Below are positions 48,061 to 55,692 of a DNA stretch of 64,000 nucleotides, one piece after another (position 1 is the first letter of the stretch; each line of letters opens with the position of its first letter). Origin of the DNA: an uncultured Draconibacterium sp. (lineage in GTDB: Bacteria > Bacteroidota > Bacteroidia > Bacteroidales > Prolixibacteraceae). The stretch spans positions 56,550 to 120,549 of the forward strand of contig NZ_CAXXLR010000001.1 of the NCBI RefSeq assembly GCF_963675065.2, in the 5' to 3' direction. Under the pieces are notes generated by a model. It saw nothing but the letters and a program-made list of their open reading frames with translations, was not told the DNA's origin and did not search any database. The translations under genes were made by a program, and so were the position numbers.

Positions 48061-50307
48061 TTATACCAATTTTAAATCCGACCGGTGAAACTCTTCGTAG
48101 GCCTGCAGTACGGTTAAATGAGAAATTAGATACGCAAGCGAACTTTCTGCTCCCTGATTCCGGTTAACACCATAGCTTTCGAAACCATCGCAACAACCTT
48201 TGGTTTCGAAATCGTACAAACTCATCCGCAAATCATTTTCACCCAGAAACCACAAAAAGGAGGTGTACAGTTTGTTGAGATAATCCTTATCCTTTGTCAG
48301 GTAAAATGCCTGATGATACATTAAAACCGTGGCCATTGCATCAATAGGTTGCTGGGCAAAAACAGAACGTTCTCCTTCCTTTTTATACCATTTTTCATTG
48401 CCAATAACCGAAAGGTATTCATCTTTTAACGTATGTTTTGTTAAAAAATTCATCGAATCAATGGCTGTTTTTGTAATGTTCTGGTCGTTCAAAATTTCGG
48501 CAGAATGTAAAAGAGCCAAGGGTAAAATTCCATTATCGTAAGCCAGCAATGCTTCAAACCAATTCCAGTCTTCTGAACGATTTTCGTCGTAATGTTTCAT
48601 CAATACATTCGCCAGATTTCTTAATCTTTCGGTCATTGAATCGTCAGATGGATTACTCTTCAGATAATAGCTAATACCAATCATTGTATTGGCAATTCCC
48701 CGAATTGATTTTAGTTTTTCAAAATTAGGAGCAGCCGTGAAAAACACCAGTCTGCCGGTTTGATAATAAGCATCGTTTGGTGCATTCGCCAATAAATAAC
48801 CCAGGGCCCAAATTGTTCTTCCAAACGAATCTTCAGAGCCCACTTCATCCAGGAAATTTCGGTTAAAACTCAGGAAATTCCGAAAGGTCCCGTCAGCGTT
48901 TTGCATATAATGAATGTAACTTAAGTAAACAGGCGATAATTCAAGTGCACGCATATCTTTTTTCTGACGGTAAGCTTTTAAAACCATTAGCAAGGCGCGC
49001 GAATTATCATCAAGGCAATACCCTTCCTTTAAATTTGGTATGCCAAATTTTGCATGTTGAATAATACCTGTATCGTCTGTTAATCGATTTATATGAGCCA
49101 GGGAAAAGGGAGGAAGAATGAGTAAATCTGGTTCAGGTTCTTTTCGCTTAAGAACCGGTTGCTCATCCTTCATTATTTTTTCAGCAAGTTGCATGTATCT
49201 TTCGCCCGTTTTTGGCCAGGTAATTTTTTTGCCATATTCATCGGCATTTTGTTTCAGTTTCCTGAGCTCTTCTGGGTTATCAAAAAGATCAATTAGAGTT
49301 TCAGCCAAATCATCCGAGTCATTAAACCTGAACAACCGGCCTCTTCCTTTGTCCAGCAATTCAGCAGCATGCCAGTATGGTGTTGAGAGAACAGCCGCAC
49401 CAGTACCTACTGCATACGAAAGGGTTCCGCTGGTAATCTGGGCTTCGTTTAAATAAGGAGTGATGTAAATATCGCAGGCATACAAATATTTGAATAAGTC
49501 CTGTTCGTCAATAAATTCATTGAGAAATGTCACATGATTTTCGAGTTGGAGACTTTTTACCAGACGTAAAAGAAAAATCCGGTATTCTTCGCCTGAATGA
49601 CGAAGCACATTCGGATGGGTTTTACCCAAAACAATGTAAATAAGCTCCGGATATTTTTTTACTACTTCCGGCAAAGCTTTAATTACTGTTTCAATACCTT
49701 TGCTTCGGCCAATAAAGCCAAAAGTAAGCAGCACTTTCTTTTTCTCAAGTTTAAACTCCTTTTTCGATTTTTCGGGACTGAAACGAATGTCCGGCACACC
49801 ATGTTCAATCAATGCGATTTTTTCTTTGGGTACATCATAAATTGTTGTCAGAAACTCAATCGCCTTATGGCTCATCACCACAATTTTATGTGCCATTTTA
49901 CAGATTTCCTTCAGTACTGCTTTCTCGTTGTAAGAAGGCGTTTTAAGAATGGTATGAAGCGTAACAATGAGCGGAATTTCAAGCCGGTGAAGCAAGGGAA
50001 GGATATATACCCCACTTTGTCCGCCAAATATGCCAAATTCGTGCTGGAGAACACAAACATCGGCGCCGCTTAAATTAATGTATTTCACGGCTTTCAAATA
50101 ATCTTCCTGATGATCTTGCCTGATGGTAACTTTTACTTCTTCAGGATATTTATAGGTGAGCTCGTTATCGTTTAATGCAACCACAAAACCTTCATTTGTT
50201 AGTTCATTTGGCTCATTTTGTCGTAACATCGATTTGAACAGGTTGTTCGTGAAGGTTCCAATACCACATTCGCGTGGTGGATATGTTGCAATATAAGTGA
50301 TCTTCAT
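48061..50307 (-). CDS. GT4 glycosyltransferase fused to a C-terminal (alpha/alpha)6 domain
   Basis: YPPRECGIGTF, QHEFGIFGG, QITSGTL..STPYW; C-terminal DDTGIIQH, YCLDDN.RAL, NQGAES. Confidence 0.85.
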   Translation of the reverse strand: MKITYIATYPPRECGIGTFTNNLFKSMLRQNEPNELTNEGFVVALNDNELTYKYPEEVKVTIRQDHQEDYLKAVKYINLSGADVCVLQHEFGIFGGQSGVYILPLLHRLEIPLIVTLHTILKTPSYNEKAVLKEICKMAHKIVVMSHKAIEFLTTIYDVPKEKIALIEHGVPDIRFSPEKSKKEFKLEKKKVLLTFGFIGRSKGIETVIKALPEVVKKYPELIYIVLGKTHPNVLRHSGEEYRIFLLRLVKSLQLENHVTFLNEFIDEQDLFKYLYACDIYITPYLNEAQITSGTLSYAVGTGAAVLSTPYWHAAELLDKGRGRLFRFNDSDDLAETLIDLFDNPEELRKLKQNADEYGKKITWPKTGERYMQLAEKIMKDEQPVLKRKEPEPDLLILPPFSLAHINRLTDDTGIIQHAKFGIPNLKEGYCLDDNSRALLMVLKAYRQKKDMRALELSPVYLSYIHYMQNADGTFRNFLSFNRNFLDEVGSEDSFGRTIWALGYLLANAPNDAYYQTGRLVFFTAAPNFEKLKSIRGIANTMIGISYYLKSNPSDDSMTERLRNLANVLMKHYDENRSEDWNWFEALLAYDNGILPLALLHSAEILNDQNITKTAIDSMNFLTKHTLKDEYLSVIGNEKWYKKEGERSVFAQQPIDAMATVLMYHQAFYLTKDKDYLNKLYTSFLWFLGENDLRMSLYDFETKGCCDGFESYGVNRNQGAESSLAYLISHLTVLQAYEEFHRSDLKLV

Positions 50308-50519
50308 TTATTGATGATTACGTTTAAGGAAGTTAATATTCCAATGTTATTTATGTCGAGCGGGAGGAGTTCTCTTTCGAAATAAACCAGATCTTTATGC
50401 TTGGGTTTTTCCTGTATCTTACAATAATAAATCCGGTCGATATACCGCCTGATTATCAGATTTTGATTTGGATTAACTTTTGCCCGTACAACTTCTCCTT
50501 CTTTAAATTTGTTTTCCAT
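50304..50519 (-). CDS. Small hypothetical protein (SH3-like)
   Basis: KFKEGEVVRAK..RYIDRIYYC..YFERELL; overlaps the GT start. Confidence 0.65.
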   Translation of the reverse strand: MENKFKEGEVVRAKVNPNQNLIIRRYIDRIYYCKIQEKPKHKDLVYFERELLPLDINNIGILTSLNVIINK

Positions 50520-50552
50520 GGTTCACCTCTTCCGTTTTCTGTTTTGTTCTAC

Positions 50553-50822
50553 TTAAATATCTACCGGCATTGAAATGGTAATTGGCCTTAATACGGTATG
50601 TTTTTTTTGCATTTCAGCATTTGCCGGATCGTCAATGATTGACTGTAATTTTTCCATGTCCGTAACTTCAATTACCAATGCAATCGAATTGGGATCATTA
50701 GCATCTCTAAACGTTTTGAAACTGGTTATTGCGGGTGCAAAAACCCTTTTCCTGTCATCATGTCCTTTAAGCCATGTGTCAAAATCTCCTACCTTATGTC
50801 GTGCTACAATTGTTGTCATCAT
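50553..50822 (-). CDS. Small dimeric alpha/beta-barrel (ABM-like) protein
   Basis: VARHKVGDFDTW..FRD.NDPN. Confidence 0.65.
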   Translation of the reverse strand: MMTTIVARHKVGDFDTWLKGHDDRKRVFAPAITSFKTFRDANDPNSIALVIEVTDMEKLQSIIDDPANAEMQKKHTVLRPITISMPVDI

Positions 50823-50938
50823 TTTGTTCTTTTAAGATGCTTATGCCTACTCTATTCGGTTTTCGGCTAACTCGATTTAAAGCTCTTCTTTCAACTATTT
50901 TATGCGATAGATGAATACTACTCTGACTAAGTTAGGCC

Positions 50939-51052
50939 TTAATCGCTTTTCCTGGCTTTTTTGGCTGCTTTAGCTGCCCGTTTTTCTTTCAAGCTCATAA
51001 CGGCTTCCTTCTTCTCGTTCTTCCGTTCTTTTCCTTCCTTACTTTTTGCCAT
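50939..51052 (-). CDS. 37-aa Lys-rich small protein
   Basis: MAKSKEGKERKNEKKEAVMSLKEKRAAKAAKKARKSD*; not in the ORF track. Confidence 0.75.
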   Translation of the reverse strand: MAKSKEGKERKNEKKEAVMSLKEKRAAKAAKKARKSD

Positions 51053-51076
51053 GATATTTATTATTAGATATTTAAA

Positions 51077-51427
51077 CTATAATATATTTCCTTCGTACCC
51101 ACTTTTAATCACTGTTGAAATCATCTTGAATCGACCATTCGCCTTAACTGTATTGGAACTATGAGCCGGAATAATTATGCCTTGTCCCGTTTGAATTATG
51201 GTTGACTGATCATCAATCACTACTTCGGCTGTACCTTCAATTATCTGTATAAAGGTGTCAAACGGAGATATCTTCTCGGCCAGAGCCTCGCCGGTATCAA
51301 TGGCCATAACAACTATGTTTCCGGTTGTTTTCCGGATAATTGTTTTACTTACCACCGAATTGGGAACATACTGAATGATTTCGATGAGGATGCGAATTTT
51401 CGATTTTTCTAATTCCTTCATTTGCAT
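51077..51427 (-). CDS. Cupin-domain protein
   Basis: SPFDTFIQIIEG.AE...IIIPAH. Confidence 0.8.
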   Translation of the reverse strand: MQMKELEKSKIRILIEIIQYVPNSVVSKTIIRKTTGNIVVMAIDTGEALAEKISPFDTFIQIIEGTAEVVIDDQSTIIQTGQGIIIPAHSSNTVKANGRFKMISTVIKSGYEGNIL

Positions 51428-51482
51428 GAGTCTTCAAATAAGATAATCTCCTCAAAGTTACATCCGCTCAATTTTGAAAGTG

Positions 51483-51521
51483 TTACACAATCGATGTTAT
51501 AATTTACATCATTCACACATT
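51483..51521 (-). promoter_or_regulatory. Repeat box #15
   Basis: Reverse complement AATGTGTGAA TGATGTAA N13 TTGTGTAA; AAACTTTG at 51460-51453. Confidence 0.88.
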
Positions 51522-51524
51522 TTG

Positions 51525-53021
51525 CTACTTGATGCCAATTTGGCGCAACCCGTAAACGGTTCTGAAATGATACCCATAAACAGTGTATGTAAGGGCGTCA
51601 ACCATTAATTTTGGCTTATTGAAAAGGGTCCAGATGACAAATTTCCAATATTCAGTTCTCCCCTTGTCGAGGAAACCAATTACATAAACCGATTTTAAAA
51701 ATGCGAACAGCAGCGAAAATTTTATTTTGGATTTTCCTTTTGTCAAACGATTGTAGTTAAGTAATAACCGCCTGACCCTTTTGTAATAGGGTTTTACCGA
51801 GTAAATATTTTTGATTATTCTTTTATAACCTTCCTGAAGCTCGTTGGAATCCATTTTAGGAATAAAGTTCATTGATGAATCGGTATTATTTCCTGTAGCT
51901 TCCACGGTTAACCGGTTTTCTGCATTTAACTGATTGTAAAGTTTGGTGTTTTTGGGCGCGTTTAATAATCCAACCATAGCCGAAACAATTCCACTTTGTT
52001 GAATGAAATCGATTTGACGTTGAAAAACTGACGGCGTGTCGCTGTCGAAACCAACAATAAAACCACCTGACACCTGAATTCCAGCTTGTTGTATCGTTTT
52101 AACGCTTTGAATAAGATCCCTGTTTTTATTCTGAACTTTATTGCACGATTGAAGAGATACTTCATCGGGAGTTTCAATGCCAATAAAAGCAGCATTAAAA
52201 CCTGCATCAATTAACTGCGACATGAGCTCTTTATCATCGGCCAGATTTATCGAACTCTGGATACTAAAATTAAAAGGGTACTTATGGCTTTGCATCCATT
52301 TTTTCATTGCCGGAAGCAAACTCTTTTTTATTTCTTTGATGTTTCCAATAAAATTATCATCGACAATTGAAACCGGCCCACGCCATTTAATGGTATCGTA
52401 CAAAACATCCAGTTCGTTAATAATTTGGGGGGTGCTTTTCATCCTCATTTTATGCCCCAGCAATGACGTAATTTCACAAAAGCTACAGTTATATGGACAT
52501 CCACGTGTTACCTGGATATTCATGTTAGCATAGTCTTTTGCTGATAGCAAATGAAAATCGGGAGCTGGTGTTTGGGTTAAATCTGCATATTTATCTGTAG
52601 CATAAACCCGTTGGAGTTGTCCGGTATTGATATCGGCCAGAAAAAGGGGCATGGTGATTTCTGCCTCATTCAAAATAAAGTGATCTACATCCGGATAATT
52701 GGGATATTCCTGGGTAAAAAGCGGACCACCTGCAACTATTTTTTTGCCCCATTTTTTGCTTTCCGCAATTACCTTGGTTACCGATTCCTTTTGAATATAC
52801 ATGGCGCTGATAAAAACATAATCAGCCCACTGAATATCGCTTGTCTGAAGCGGTGAGATATTTAAATCCACCAGTTTTTTTTGCCATGTTTCAGGCAGCA
52901 TTGCCGACACCGTAATTAAACCAAGTGGCGGAACTGCAGCTTTTTTCGAAATAAATTTCAGGGCATGGGTAAAACTCCAGAACGAATCCGGACACTTTGG
53001 ATAAACCAATAATACTTTCAT
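51525..53021 (-). CDS. B12-binding radical SAM protein (DUF4070, HpnP-like architecture)
   Basis: PPLGLITV, AGGP, RGCPYNCSFC (CxxxCxxC), IGIET, GGFIVGFD. Confidence 0.88.
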   Translation of the reverse strand: MKVLLVYPKCPDSFWSFTHALKFISKKAAVPPLGLITVSAMLPETWQKKLVDLNISPLQTSDIQWADYVFISAMYIQKESVTKVIAESKKWGKKIVAGGPLFTQEYPNYPDVDHFILNEAEITMPLFLADINTGQLQRVYATDKYADLTQTPAPDFHLLSAKDYANMNIQVTRGCPYNCSFCEITSLLGHKMRMKSTPQIINELDVLYDTIKWRGPVSIVDDNFIGNIKEIKKSLLPAMKKWMQSHKYPFNFSIQSSINLADDKELMSQLIDAGFNAAFIGIETPDEVSLQSCNKVQNKNRDLIQSVKTIQQAGIQVSGGFIVGFDSDTPSVFQRQIDFIQQSGIVSAMVGLLNAPKNTKLYNQLNAENRLTVEATGNNTDSSMNFIPKMDSNELQEGYKRIIKNIYSVKPYYKRVRRLLLNYNRLTKGKSKIKFSLLFAFLKSVYVIGFLDKGRTEYWKFVIWTLFNKPKLMVDALTYTVYGYHFRTVYGLRQIGIK

Positions 53022-53134
53022 TTTCTCTGATTTTCCGTAAACTCCTAACTATAATCTCTTCCCCTTTTTTGAGGAACTCAATTGCCGGGGCTGCTCATTT
53101 AAGGTAAATTTCGTAAGATTGAACGTGTAATGTG

Positions 53135-53173
53135 TTACACAATTCTGATGATTATTTACATCATTCACACATC
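53135..53173 (-). promoter_or_regulatory. Repeat box #16 (overlaps the AraC stop codon)
   Basis: Reverse complement GATGTGTGAA TGATGTAA N13 TTGTGTAA; GAAATTTA at 53112-53105. Confidence 0.85.
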
Positions 53174-53725
53174 TTCGAGTGTGTCGCGCCGTATATTCTT
53201 GAGTTTTTTGAAATGTGTAGGTGTGAGGCCGGTGTATTTTTTAAACTGATTGGAAAGATGAGCGACACTACTGTAGTGCATTTTAAAAGCGATTTCTGAA
53301 AGATTCAGTTCATCATAAACAATTAGTTCTTTTACCCTTTCAATTTTGTGCGTCAGATAAAATTTTTCAATGGTAGTACCTTTCACCTCTGAAAAAAGAT
53401 TGGACAGGTAAGTATAATCGTAATTGAGTTTTTCACTCAGATAATCGGAAAGGTTTACTTTAATTTGATCTTCGGTATAATGAACCAATTCGATAATGGC
53501 ACTTTTTATTTTTTCAACCAGCACACTTTTTTTGTTATCCATTAGTAACAGGCCCGCCTTTTTCAAATCAACTTTTAATTGTTCTAACTGCTCCAGCTGC
53601 ACATCTCCAATAATATTTGCTTCACCTATTTTCACATAAACATAGCGAAGGCCGAGCTTTTCAAGTTCGGCTTTTACCACCATCTGGCAGCGAATACAAA
53701 CCATATTTTTAATGTATAATTTCAA
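53165..53725 (-). CDS. AraC-family regulator with HMA-like CxxC N-terminus
   Basis: YIKNMVCIRC; YDYTYLSNLFSE; LSEIAFKMHYSSVAHLSNQFKKYTGLTP; TTG start. Confidence 0.92.
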   Translation of the reverse strand: MKLYIKNMVCIRCQMVVKAELEKLGLRYVYVKIGEANIIGDVQLEQLEQLKVDLKKAGLLLMDNKKSVLVEKIKSAIIELVHYTEDQIKVNLSDYLSEKLNYDYTYLSNLFSEVKGTTIEKFYLTHKIERVKELIVYDELNLSEIAFKMHYSSVAHLSNQFKKYTGLTPTHFKKLKNIRRDTLEDV

Positions 53726-54231
53726 ATCAAGTTTGTTTTAACAAGTTAAAGGTAAGCTATTAAAATTACGAAACCTTTGATTTTTTGTTTATCCCTTTAT
53801 CAATGTTCCTTTGCTGAACTCTATTGCTCCATGAATAGATGCTTAAGTCCCATTAAGCTGAGTTACCCCCCAATATTAGCCACTCCGATAATAACCAGAA
53901 ATCAGTTTAAAATCAATTTTGCTTTTTGTTTCAAGTCCATGTAGTACCAGATTAATATCTTCTTTATTTTTTTCTGCAAAGCCCAAATCTGGCAGATGGA
54001 TTCCGTTCAAATTACTCCTGGTAAACCGGAAGCACCCGAAAGGTACTTGTTTTTGATAATCTGCGAGCTTTATTGATTGAGCCGTTAGTTACTAAAATTA
54101 AAAACAATCCAGTAATACATATGGAGGAATAGACGATAATACGGATAAATGTATTTGGCTTCCAAAATCTTGAAGAATATAAAATGTCTCTTTGTATTTG
54201 GTAGCTTTTGGCGGCTTATATTGGGTGATCT

Positions 54232-54251
54232 TGTTGTACCTGTGTTGTACC
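54232..54251 (-). repeat. Direct repeat GGTACAACA x2 (integrase arm-site-like)
   Basis: tgttgtacc at 54232-54240 and 54243-54251, just inside the tRNA terminator. Confidence 0.5.
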
Positions 54252-54257
54252 TAAAAA

Positions 54258-54293
54258 ACAAAAGGCGTTTACAAAATTGTAAACGCCTTTTTT
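54258..54293 (-). terminator. Terminator downstream of tRNA-Arg
   Basis: aaaaggcgtttaca-aaat-tgtaaacgcctttt perfect hairpin. Confidence 0.85.
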
Positions 54294-54294
54294 C

Positions 54295-54371
54295 TGGTGA
54301 ACCTGGCAGGACTCGAACCTGCAACCTCCGCATCCGTAGTGCGGTGCTCTATCCAATTAAGCTACAGGTCC
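54295..54371 (-). tRNA. tRNA-Arg(ACG)
   Basis: GGACCTG-TA-GCTT..GAGC-A-CCGCA-CTACGGA-TGCGG-AGGTT-GCAGG-TTCGAGT-CCTGC-CAGGTTC-A-CCA cloverleaf. Confidence 0.97.
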
Positions 54372-54515
54372 AGAACCTGTTTGCTTTTTAAGCGGTGCAA
54401 ATATAACGCTTATTTGTATAAATACAAGTCTGTGTAGAAATTTTATTGAAATAAATTACAAATCATTTTGGCCTGCTTTTTTGCCAAAGTATTCAACCGC
54501 CTAACAACAAAATAA

Positions 54516-54818
54516 TTACGCGTATTTTTCCATTTTATCTTCAATGGCCACATCTTTTTCAAAGTTCACCTGAAGTTTCATATTCGTTATCATTCGTTGT
54601 GTTCCTGCTTCGCCACAGGCTGCATGAATACTCTCCAACAAAGCCGGCAATTCATGAAATCCACACTCAACTACCGTTTCAAACGGGCACACCTGATAAC
54701 GGTAGCCCGATTTCTGAATAGTTTCAATTGCTTTGTCAACCAACTCGTATTTTATTTTTCCATCCGCTTCAGGCAATACCTGAATGGCCACATTTACCTT
54801 ATTCGTCTTCCAACTCAT
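54516..54818 (-). CDS. Thiamine-binding protein (MTH1187/YkoF family)
   Basis: AIQVLP..VDKAIE.IQ.SG..Y.VCPFETVVE. Confidence 0.8.
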   Translation of the reverse strand: MSWKTNKVNVAIQVLPEADGKIKYELVDKAIETIQKSGYRYQVCPFETVVECGFHELPALLESIHAACGEAGTQRMITNMKLQVNFEKDVAIEDKMEKYA

Positions 54819-55551
54819 CGTTACTCTTATTTTTCTTTTGATGTATTAATTGAATAATCTCGCCACGAGACAAAATCTTAACATTGGTAATTACCATATC
54901 TTCACGTAAAAAACCACCATACTGATTACATTCGCTAATTACGTTCTGAAAAGTATCTTTAATTTCAGCAGTAATGGGTAACATTACCAGTGCCGACGAA
55001 AATCCTTCCATAAAATCCATCGATTCGAATACACCATCCTGCTGATTTAGTTCGAATATTAACTCATCTTTAAGAAGTTTTTGTTGCGTGCTGCTCAACA
55101 TTTCATTTTCATTAACCGACAGGAACACCACAAAATACCGCAACTTCTTACCTTTTCCTCCGAGCCCGGTTGAAATAAAAACCTGCTGCTCATCGAGTAA
55201 CGAACTGTGCATAAGCATTCTGCTTTCCTGCAATGCCAGTGTTCCCCACTGTTTCATATCGCCTTCAGCTTCATCCACAAACTTTTCAAGCGTTCGATAT
55301 GCTTTCACATCGTCGTAAACAGCAATGGCAGTAAGTATCTCTTTTTTACGCTCTTCATCCACTTCTTTATCAAAAAGCTCTTCTCTCGCCTCAAAGCATT
55401 CTTCTGAAATGTCCTTATCCCGTAACGATTTAGTGAATTCAAAGTATTTCATTTGAATAGCAACATCAATCTGTTCCTCAAGAATGCTAAAGTTCTCGGG
55501 CAGGTCATCCAAAGCTTTCTGAATATTATTATAAAATTTATCTTCCTCCAT
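54799..55551 (-). CDS. Conserved hypothetical Bacteroidetes protein
   Basis: Long ORF; VFISTGLGGKG.KLRYF. Confidence 0.75.
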   Translation of the reverse strand: MEEDKFYNNIQKALDDLPENFSILEEQIDVAIQMKYFEFTKSLRDKDISEECFEAREELFDKEVDEERKKEILTAIAVYDDVKAYRTLEKFVDEAEGDMKQWGTLALQESRMLMHSSLLDEQQVFISTGLGGKGKKLRYFVVFLSVNENEMLSSTQQKLLKDELIFELNQQDGVFESMDFMEGFSSALVMLPITAEIKDTFQNVISECNQYGGFLREDMVITNVKILSRGEIIQLIHQKKNKSNDELEDE

Positions 55552-55639
55552 TTATCCTCCTTCGTTCGAACAAAAGTAATCACTTGTTGTAACTATGTAA
55601 AGAACAAATATATTTTATTTTTTATCATTGGAATTTAAA

Positions 55640-55673
55640 TATATTTGTAGGCTTATTTTTATTTAATTTAAAT
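55640..55673 (+). promoter_or_regulatory. -7 element (TATATTTG) followed by an AT-rich imperfect palindrome, possibly an iron-repressor site for feoB
   Basis: tatttttatttaatttaaata is an imperfect IR, but AT-rich sequence makes chance likely. Confidence 0.25.
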
Positions 55674-55692
55674 ACAGAAAGCAGGGGAGAGA

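Larger units (their letters stand above)
2100..54371. mobile_element. Putative ~52 kb genomic island at tRNA-Arg(ACG)
   Basis: Intact tRNA at the right, same-orientation tRNA 3'-half remnant plus similar terminator at the left, arm-like direct repeats next to the tRNA, internal integrase remnant and pseudogenes; no intact integrase. Confidence 0.55.

Noticed and set aside
14889-53173. The 39-bp repeat as a CRISPR repeat or integron attC-type recombination site
   Set aside because: Copies are kilobases apart, not palindromic, occur in both orientations, lie 5' of genes and are phased to -7 elements; no cas genes or integron integrase are present.
53830-54050. Short ORF-like stretch between AraC and the tRNA
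   Set aside because: No integrase motifs recognised; cannot be supported.
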